From Azolla caroliniana (lineage: Eukaryota > Plantae > Polypodiophyta), in assembly GCA_043228905.1 (NCBI GenBank), contig JBHGNT010000017.1, positions 4,898,001-4,962,000 on the forward strand: a stretch of DNA of 64,000 nt. The letters are read 5' to 3'. Positions 51,001-61,080 of the stretch are shown here, piece after piece (the stretch's first letter is position 1; each line of letters starts with the position of its first letter). The translations under genes were made by a program, and so were the position numbers. The notes beneath the pieces are model-generated. The model saw only the letters and a list, made by a program, of their open reading frames with translations. It made no database searches and had not been told where the DNA came from.

Positions 51001-51670
51001 TTATGCTTTTCTTTCTTATAGCAACAGTGAACGCGGTTGCGATTGGTTTTCTCGGTTCTGTTGCATCAGTGGGAGCATTTGCTTCACTCTTTTTCATATC
51101 TCTTATTTGTATCTACATCGGGGCTATCATCATAGCAGTTCTTAGCATTTCAACTATTACATTTGTATGTGTTTGTGCCGCGCTGATAGCTGCAGGTTAG
51201 TATCCTTCTCTCAATAATGACAAGTCTTTGGGTTTCTTCAACACTGTTTACCTCTATTAACACAGTTTTAGATTATTTGTTTAAACAGTACTAATTTGGG
51301 ATTGTGATGTATGACATGCCATAAATATAGAATTTCCAAACTTTCATTACTGGATGTATTTAGAATTTAGGAATCAAGATTCACCTTTTGATATGACAGA
51401 TAATACTTCTAAGTTACTTCCAAGTATATTTCTCCTCTAGGGAATTTTGAAATTCCTAAAATTTTCTAATATATGATGATTTTTTTCAGTTGGAAGGCTT
51501 TTTAACCTTTTAAAGCTATGGCTTTTGTAGGATGGATTGTTTTCTTATGGCTAGTTTGGGAAGGAGCAAAGAAAGCAATTGATCTTCTCAAAACTTCCTG
51601 CCTTTTTTCTTTGGATACCCTCACTTCTATGTCTACAAATGTGTCAAAGTGCTATGAGAAGAAGGATTAA
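48010..51670 (+). CDS. LDIP: LDIP-like (LDAP-interacting protein; promethin/LDAF1 family) lipid-droplet membrane protein, 206 aa
   Basis: Exons 48010-48252, 50958-51195 and 51531-51670 are in frame. The sequence SFIHRAKESL..KSPQIKES...WAQEGGPWRSLFV...LFFLIATVNAV...GAFASLFF..L.CIYIGA...ISTIT...LIAAGWIVFLWLVW parallels the Arabidopsis LDIP sequence as I recall it. Confidence 0.85.
49300..49710. repeat. Imperfect local duplication in LDIP intron 1
   Basis: GCAATATTCAGATGA, ACTCTGAATATGTTTTT and TACCC.TTTGGCATT.GTTAT each occur twice. Confidence 0.7.
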
Positions 51671-54600
51671 TGATCTGTGTATAGATGGAATATATTAAGA
51701 GTGGGCCAAAACTTCCTGCGTATCCTTTGTATTGTGTAATAATATCCTGAATTATGGCCATTTCTTGGTTTTTTGAGTAACGACAATGCTCCCACCCTGT
51801 AATTTACCATGTGAGAATAGAATTTTTTCAACTAATTATCAGGGTCTGACATGAATAATCTAATTTTTTGAATTTGTTCTATTATACATGCTTTTGAGTA
51901 AGTACTAGGCTTTTTGTTCTGAGTTTTCTGCGAGTATATGGGTTTCTGTGGGAAGATAGGGGAATTTGTCTTTAACCAATCTTTTTAAGTTTTCAGAAAA
52001 GAGCTGTTGGAATGCCATCTTTCACCAAAATTTTAATTTAAGATACCTGGGGTGTTTTCAATCTTGATCCAGTTCATAATGCAATGGCAAAATCCCTTTT
52101 TTCTTCTTTTCATTCCTTTCATGTTTATTGCCTATGTGATACTTGGGCTTGATGAAGAGGACCATTATGCATATCATATGGATAAATATGTAGCATATAC
52201 CTTATGCTTAATATTGAAAATTGCGGAGCAGTGACTGGTCAGTCATTCCGTTCCTAGTGGTTTGGAATCTACTTGTTTTTTAATGTATATCATAAATTGC
52301 AAAGTACATGACTGGTCAGGGGTTCCGTTGCTAGTTGTTGGATGCAGCAGACCAAGTCATTGATGGTTATTGAAATGCTTTGTACTTTTCTCATGAATGC
52401 TATTGAAAGAGAAAGTTACGCAGGTAAAACATTTGTGTCTATTAAAGCTAATGAGACTCTATAATTTATTGGCATTAGTGAAGTGAATAAAATGGGAGGA
52501 GTGTGCATGTTTGTTTGAAGAGAGAACTATGTAGAGAGCTCTAGTTTTCTGAGCATCACAATTTAAACGCATACAAAGCGTGTTTACCCAATATGCTAAT
52601 TTTGGTTATGTGTTTTTACTAATAGACATCAACCGCATGAATCAGAAGTAAATCATCAGCAGCCGCCAAATTGTTATTATTAAGTACAATAACTTGATCA
52701 ATATCAGTGTATGGTTGAGTTGGTGTAATTGATCTTTGGTAATTTAAATAATAAATAGCAAATTGTAGATGATGTACCAATAGAATAAAAATTGAACAAT
52801 AACCAACAAACAGGGATCTATCAAATATACATTGATGCATTAACTTCTATTAGTAATTGCTATTTGGAAAAGCAATCTTGTCTTGTAGACGATATGCAAG
52901 TCGATGTAGCTCAAGATAATTTCTATATCAAGTCTTTGTGTCCAAAGGTGTAACTACATGTCTAGATGTCAAAGGCCCACTTCAATGTAGAAACTTGTTG
53001 AAGCAAGAACCATAGTTTTGTCTCTAATTTAGATAATGATATAATGTAATGGTTTATGTTGTGTAGTGACTTGACGTCTAATGGTATTCATACATGGGTA
53101 GTATCATTATGTTTATCAACAAGTAAACATGACGATGATTATTCAATTAAACATACAAGGTGATCTAGCTAAGTAGTGGCATTATATTCATCGAATGAGT
53201 AACTGAAGTTTCTTTATAATGGATGCAAAATATGTGCTCCTTTGTACATTGCCAAATATTTTTTTATTTTGTACAATCCTATGCACAAGTAATTGGTCAT
53301 GCACAAGTAATTGGTCATGCATTCATGCACGATCATTCACACATTATTCATCACTTCCTTGGGGATGGAATTTTTAACCAATAGTAGTGTTTGCCCATTT
53401 GTCCATGGTTTGATGCTACATTTTTGGAGCTATAAAACACAAATATTGATCACTTTCCTTGATGGTGGAGGATTAAAATTATAGTTTTTGTGTCCTTGGG
53501 TGTCAAAACAAAAAGTGAAGCGTGTAATGCATAGCCATTCACACACTCTCTCTCTTTCTTTTCCCCAAAAAACACTACTTTGCATTAGTTAGCAAATAGA
53601 ATACAGCAGAGTATACATCAATTTCATCTCTAAGTCTCTTATATAACCTAGTTTGTTATGGCATCCATGCCATCAAAACAAGATTCTTTTGTTGTGGGAA
53701 AGCTATAGAGGAGCAAGTCACCATCAAGACAAGTCCTAGAATCCTTTCAATGTGGAAAACTACATATACTTCATAGGAGCAAGAGGGTAAATGCAAGAAG
53801 TTTTTAATAAAAAATAATGAGGGATAAACCCAAAATACTATCAATGAGGTAAATGTGGTTGCACAAAACAAGCTCCTTGGCATGTGTGTGTATGTGTGCG
53901 CGCACGCACGTGCACACACACACACACACACGGGCACATGTAGCAGGCATGATAAAACCAAGTTGAGATTTTTTCATCATTCTTCTTAAGTTTATTTTTC
54001 TGGTTTTGTATTGGTATTGTTGTTGGCAAGGCGGGTGTAATAATGAAGCAAGCCTAAATTGGAGCAATGTCATGTTGCTCATGAACAATTTTTCAAAGTT
54101 CAATTTTGTTCCATGGTACATGAATGCAAGCTTTAAGAGCATGATTGAGTTTGGGTCAACCATATACACTTAATATTTGTATAACTACCACCACAAATAT
54201 TTCAAATTAAGCATAAATGTTCATGTGTTTAGCTAAAAGAAAGTCATGTATTTTCATGGCATCAAACGACCTCTCAAAGCATAGTAGGAACCCATTGTGA
54301 AAGTAGACTATGCTACCATGCTTGCATCAACTTTTTCATGCTATCTTTCCAATACACTTCAATTTTATTAAGAAATAGATTACCATTCTTTGTTACTTCA
54401 ATTTTATCAAGTAAACTCATCAATTGACTAGGAGGGTGTTTCGTTATCCATTTGAGTTCGTAATACCCTTGTTTATGATAAACATGATTAGATTGCAAAG
54501 GTAAAGCAATGATAGGCATATTGGGTTCTATGTTGGCTGGGCATTGATATACTTCCTAATCTTGAGGAAATTCATCACAATACACGGAAATCTAAACCTA

Positions 54601-56359
54601 TTGAGTGTCAAATTGGGCAATGAACATAAAAAAAGTGATCGCCATCATAATGCCAAGCAAGTACTGGAGGGGAAATGTGTTTGTAAGGCTGTATTCACTA
54701 AATTGTCTATAAGATATTTGAGATTGCCAGCTAGAAATATTTATAAGGGGAAGAAAGTTGAAGTAAGGTCTACAAAGGTGGTGTTTTGTTGGAATTTCCT
54801 ATTAATTAAAGTGTTTTTTCTTAGAACTTCCAATTATTTAATGCATAGAAAGGAAACTTGGCCCTAGCATGAAGTGGAATCTACAAAGATAATGAACACA
54901 TTCTGTGTGATCTTGAGTTGACTCCAAACGCTTCGTCGTTATTGTGTCTCACACTTATTGGTCATGCACCACTATTGCATACATATTTTAATGGGGAAAA
55001 GATAAAAGCATATTAATTTAAGGGTTCCAAGGAGGCCAAAAGGTAAGACCCTTTGAATGAAATAAAGCAGGTACCTATGTCAATGAAGTTTCTCAATTCT
55101 ACAACCGTTTGTAAGTTGTGACAACAATATTTTGAAACCTCCAGCAAAATGAATTTGCAATTCAGAGGCTCATTGAACACTCCACATAGAAATGCATAAG
55201 AATAAAATCGTTTTGTGCAAACATTTGAAGAAAAATCATATTGGGAAGGCACCTAATACATAGATTCAAAGGCGTCAACTACAAAAAAGTTGGACAACAA
55301 ATAAATGGAAATGAGACAAGTCATGCACCTGTATTATTTATAGATATTTGTTTATTAAGGGATTATTGCTTTTCCCAAGGAGTGAAAAAGAGTTATGTGT
55401 GTTCCGTGATATCGATAAACTTGACTCATCTCTACATTTACATAGTTTTGAAGTTTGAACCAATACCAATATAATGTGGCTAGGAGAACCAAATATCATA
55501 ATGATGATGATCATGTGGAATTATGAAGCAACGTTTTGGTAAGTTGACTCACATTAGGGTAAGGACAAAGGGTATGCAAATGTTTCTAATTGGGATACTT
55601 GAAGATAGATTTAATTAGGACTGATCAAGTAAGGACTTGAGTTCATGGAAATATAGTTGCGTGCATTGATTGTTGAGGAGGCATTTAAGCCTAACCAATC
55701 CTTGGGTGTGCTTTGATTGTGTCTATAGATCGTAGTCTAATTAAAATGTCATAAACATAAGCGCCAACAGAAGCAATACCATCATCATAAGAAAGATGAT
55801 ATGAGCATGAAACCTTTCCTCATAAGATTGTGATAGTACGAAATCATGGAAATCTAGAATTACATTCCTAAGGCTCCACAAACTAGTAACTAGTATTGGT
55901 CAAGTTCAATTAAAAAACCACATTATGTGATTTTGTTGATTAGAGTGATATGTTCACACATTGAGTAGAAGTTTAAAAGCTTGAACTAGTCCTAATCACA
56001 CACTCACCACAATAAAGTTGTCGTCGAAATTCAAATAATGACAGAAAAGAAAAATATGAATTCAGTTTGCTCTCTATGAAGTAAATCATAATGTTAGAGT
56101 ATTATTATAAAATAAAAAGAACCCCCTACATATACCCATGCTCCCCCAAAAAGCATTGTTCTCTTGGTCTCTCTTAGATCGCAATTGAGTCTTCTGGTGG
56201 ATGTTAAAAAGATATCTATCTCTATATATTTTCTCTTTTCCTCTAAAAAAAGTGCAAATTTATAGTAATTGCTTTTCTTCATGTCGCTATGGATTTTATT
56301 CATTTTTCCCTCCAGTGTATTATGATAATAAAGAAGTAGCGGAAATCCCTATAGTTCAC

Positions 56360-56900
56360 ATACTTCATCACTTAGCAAGGACATTACATTTTGATGCAAT
56401 ATTTTGGGAGAAAATCACTCACTTTTTGGAATCTATAGAGAATGACAATCACATTTACGATAAGTTTGTGCATGGAAGATTGCTAGAGAAGGGTAATGTG
56501 CTTGGCAATGCTTTGATGGCGCACTTCATCACTTAGCAAGCACATTACATTTTGATGCAAAAATTTGAGAGAAAATCACTCACTTGTTGGGATCCATAGA
56601 GAATGACAATCACATTTATAATAAGTTTGTGCATTGAAATTTGCTAGAGAAGGGTAGTGTGCTTGGCAATGCTTTGACAGCTGTGCATGCGAAATGTGTC
56701 TCACTTGCAAAAGCACAAGAGGTGCTCGAAGAGTTTCCCTTTGAACTTAGTTTGTCCATTTGCTATAGTTTTAGGATATGCCCATAGTTATCTATGAAGC
56801 ATTTAATTATTTGGAATGCATTGGAAGCTGAGGATCATGTTTTCGGATGTAAGACTTGCGATGTTCTCAGTGCATGCATTATGAAGGAGAAGGTATAAAA
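56360..56900 (+). pseudogene. PLS-class PPR gene remnant with an internal ~160-bp tandem duplication
   Basis: LLEKGNVLGNALMA and LLEKGSVLGNALTAVHAKCVSLAKAQEVLEEFP match the PPR motif GNALVDMYAKCG.L.KA..V. Stops and frameshifts are present. ACTTCATCACTTAGCAAG occurs at about 56362 and 56523. Confidence 0.8.
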
Positions 56901-57869
56901 TATTGCTAATCTACAAAATAGATGCACGATATCATGTTGATATGCATTGGGCTCATTGGCTTTGAGATATTTTAATGCCTCTATTATTCTTGGAAAATAA
57001 TTACATTGCAACAATGACAATGTTTTTTGCCATCAACCATAGTTTTCAAAGAGTGGGGCTAGTAGATTGACTCAATGATTGCCACCTAATTGACCCAACT
57101 GAATGTGCATCATTGGTATTGCATTATGACACGATTGCCATATCTTTTATGGTTATTAACTGAAGAGAGTCTGGGTTTGACATAAAGAACTCTCAAAATG
57201 TTTTTCCGAATCCTTAAGATGGAAGGGTTTGTAATAGTTAGGATTGCAAGTCCAATTTGAATGGTCGTAATTGTTAATGGTGAAGTTTGAACTTCGACAT
57301 ATGATCATTGTCGAGTGAGAAAGTACATGTGGACAACAAAGTTTGCTAATACTACTTGATTAGCATAATATATGTAGCAGAGAAAAATGCATAAAATAAC
57401 CGTGTAAAAAAAACAATGACCAAGATTTTGCATTTTTCGAGAATGTGAGAAGAAGAGTAGAGAGAGAAGTGCTTTGAGGGAGTGTGTTTTGATTGTTTCC
57501 TAGGAAACTACATATATATTAAACGAATGTGTGTTGGTCTAATGATAAAGTTTATGCTTCTTTTTTCTTAAGGTCGTGGATCCAATACCAAAAGTAATGG
57601 ATTTAATGTTTTGTTCATTGTTTATGAGTTTTAGGAATCATGATTCATGTCGTGTCACTTACTCGTCTTTTTTTCTTTTTTTGTTTGAGGTAGGAAGAAT
57701 CCCCATTATAATAGACAAAGGTGCTCACGGTGGGAGACCTCTCAAAGGACTAATAGTAGGCATCAAGACACACGTGTGTTTGTGTGACCATGCATAGTCA
57801 AATATTAAGGCTTGTAAATAATGTGAGCTTGCATCCTTGCACATAATACCATATCCTTGAGGCATTCAA

Positions 57870-58106
57870 TATATTCCTTGCAAAGAGCACATAACCTAGT
57901 ATAAACGTAGAGATATCTCATGCCAACAAAGACCCAAGGGGGGTTCTTCTCCTGAACTTGAAATAACCTTAAAAAGTCGTGGTGGTAGATATATTCCTTG
58001 CAAAGAACACAACCTAGTATAAACATAGAGTTATCTCGTGCCAAGAAAGGCCCAAGGGGGTTCTTGTCCTTAACTTGAAGTAACCTTAAAAAGTCGTGGT
58101 GGTAGT
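57870..58106. repeat. ~120-bp tandem duplication
   Basis: ATATTCCTTGCAAAGA...TAACCTTAAAAAGTCGTGGTGGTAG occurs twice. Confidence 0.9.
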
Positions 58107-60683
58107 TGTCAGAAAGAATGTAATGACAAGGGAGAGAGAAGAGGCGAGGAAAAGCGTTGTGTGCAAGAGCAATAAGGACACAAACATTACTTAGGACACT
58201 ATTAATTTACCGCTTTACATGTAATTAGTGTGTGATGAATAGCTTGTAACCTAAGGGTAAGCATGGTCAAATAACATAGTGAGGACTTGCGAAAGAGATA
58301 AAGAGAGGTTGAAGTTGTCCACGGAAGCACCTCACTTTAAGGAGTTTTGTTATGATTATGTGTTTACAAGATATAGAGAGGAAACATGCTATACAACAGT
58401 CATCATGCTAAGCCTCGTTTGCAAAACAAACATAGTCATTGACCAACCATTGCCTCTGATTGGTGGTGTGAAGTTGTGAACATTTGATGACCCACACCAA
58501 ACACTCTTACTCCTAAACAATGGCCCAAGAAATCCACTTTATGTAACATTTTAAAAAAACAATACCTTATAAAAGACAAGTTAATTGTAATAGCAACATG
58601 TCATTGTCACGTTTTAAAAATACAAAGAACACGAGTCTTGTGAATGTTACTTTCTCTAATGTCCACTTGCATAGAAACTCCAACAATTCATTTACATATG
58701 AATGGAGTCAATCACCAGTTAATGTGATAAGATTTACGTGTGTGAAGGAACCAAAATACCATTGGATTCACGACGATGCTCTTAGCATACTTCTTACAAC
58801 TATATCTACACCACAATTCTCTTAATTTTTGAATGTAATGGTTAATATGAAAAAGGTAGAATTTAAGAATTTGAGACTCACAAAGATGCTCCAAGGCCTT
58901 CCATTTCATACAGCCCCAATGCCCCAAGATTCATTAGAAGGGATATTTCCACGAGTCTTCGAACATATGGAGATCATATAATTTACAAACGGGTTTAAAC
59001 ATCAATGATGTATCCCTTGTGAACCACATATTTTTTGTCATGTATATCGTGCTTTACAACAACCATGGTCATACATATTGAAAGGAAAAAGACAATAGAG
59101 TTCAAACATAAAGTCAAAAACTTACAAAGGAAATTTATCTATTTCCATTATTATTTTGGAAGCTGTTGTACATTCAATTTTTTATAGACCTCGAATGCAA
59201 ACTACACACAACCTACATATTTTCATACACTCAACATTTGTTCGTGAGAGTGGCATGCATTAATTTCTCTTCTAGAACCCCTTATTTTCAACTGAAGCAT
59301 GCTTGGAAGTTCGAATGGTTATTTCTTCTAGCATGCATATTTTTCTTGTAGATTAAGTAAATGTAAAAGAGAACATAACCTTGCATGACTTAGAAGGGAC
59401 AAACCTCCATCACATACGCACCACTTAAAAGTGAGCTCTAGGAATTGCTCATGAGAGATGCAAGGAAACGATAGAGTTTTGGATGGTTACTTACACATCA
59501 TCGATTTTGTCACAATTATGGTCTCTTTGTCACGACTCACAAGTAAAACCAATGGTGGTTCTTGTATTGCACCCATGAATAAATTCACATTTTAACAATT
59601 TAGTGTTTTTGGTGTGTGTGTGAAAAGTTGTAAATCGCAACAATGTAGAGTTCTAGAAAATGATCTATCACTCTTTTTCTTTACATTTTACACTTTGTAT
59701 CTCCACCAATAAGCATCCAACGCTACCCACGAAATGGTGGGGTTAACTATAGAAAATAGTCTTCTTTCTTTTCTCCCCTCCACCTAATTTTCACACGCTC
59801 TCTTGAAAATGCAATGGACAAACACATTTCTTATATCTCCTAGATATGAATCTGACCTTGGACCAAACACTCTAATTGATGCTTTTATACGGTGGTTCAT
59901 CATGCAAATTTGGGTTGATTATGACTAGGAGATAACATATAACAAGCTTGCAACTTGCATCCGCAATCAATTCTTGTGAGAAATTGATTCGTTCACATTA
60001 CCTTTTCAATGAACAATGGTTGGCCTGTGAAAAATGTATCTAACAAAGTAATGTATTCGAAGAGAGAAAGAGAGAGGTTTACTCTCTTATGGGTTGCCAC
60101 TTGCATGCATGTGGCCATACCAACCACTCCTTCGGGGCTGAAGAGCTAATAGATGTCCTTGTAATCCTCGAAGAGCATGTACAATACACTACACGGTTCT
60201 CTCAAGCTTCCACAAGGTGTGATTCGCATGGCCCAAGGCTATCAACTAGCTCGGCCATTGGCAACTACAAAAGGCCATGCAACTAGGTATGTGTGAAAGT
60301 GGGGTGGGATGGAAGATGAACGAAGCCTAAGAAAACCTGTTACGGAAGGTTCCGGAGAAGGAGAGATTTGGTGTGTATCGGAAAGAGCTTACAAAGAGAA
60401 GAACGGATAAAGATTGAGCTTATTATGATGGTGTGTGTGTGTGTATGGAGAGAAGAATGGATATAGATTGAGGAAGCCGGGAGCACAGAAGAGAAGACAT
60501 GAAATAAAAGTAAGTTAAAGTTATGGCTGGGAAAACAAAGGGAGAGAAGTTTTTTGAACTAAAAAGATCTTCTTCTTCTTCTTCTTCTTAAGTTTCTTCT
60601 TTTGCTTTGTGTTGTGATGATTTCAGTTCTCTTAATCTTCATATTATTTATGTTTTATAATTTATTCAATGAAAGTGGAGACA

Positions 60684-60780
60684 AGGGCCCATTTAGACCA
60701 CTAACGTTGACTGGGCTAATCACCCGGTCCTGCAACCGTTGACTATTATTTGATCACCGGCCGCAGCCGGTAACCGGTAA
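60684..60780. promoter_or_regulatory. GC-rich proximal promoter of the OBERON-like gene with site II-like motifs (GGGCCCA, TGGGCT)
   Basis: The motifs are visible 300-400 bp upstream of the ATG, between two pyrimidine-rich leader-like tracts. Function is inferred. Confidence 0.4.
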
Positions 60781-60966
60781 AATTCCCAAAGAAATAAAAC
60801 AAAAAAGGTAAAAAAAAAAGGCAAAAAGAGAAATAAAGGGTTTTTATTTTTTTGTGTGGAAAATTAAAGATAGAAGAAACCAGGCACTTTCTTCTTCTTC
60901 TTCTTCTCTTCTTCTTCTCCATAAGGGAAAAATGGGGCCTCTGGCTATGGTGTCTTGAAGCTCTGT

Positions 60967-61017
<51 letters not shown>

Positions 61018-61080
61018 ATACCTGTAGCTATGGCTTCTTAATTCTCTAAATCCATTCCCCTCCCTCCCTCCTTCTTTTAT

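Noticed and set aside
52232-52352. TGACTGGTCAG direct repeat with small hairpins as a possible MIR gene
   Set aside because: The stems are too short and imperfect for a plant pre-miRNA, and I recognised no mature miRNA.
52600-56300. Short ORFs in AT-rich intergenic DNA (also 10.0-11.7, 42-46 and 58.3-60 kb)
   Set aside because: They show no recognisable domains or consistent exon structure. They are probably heavily decayed TE DNA that I cannot classify.
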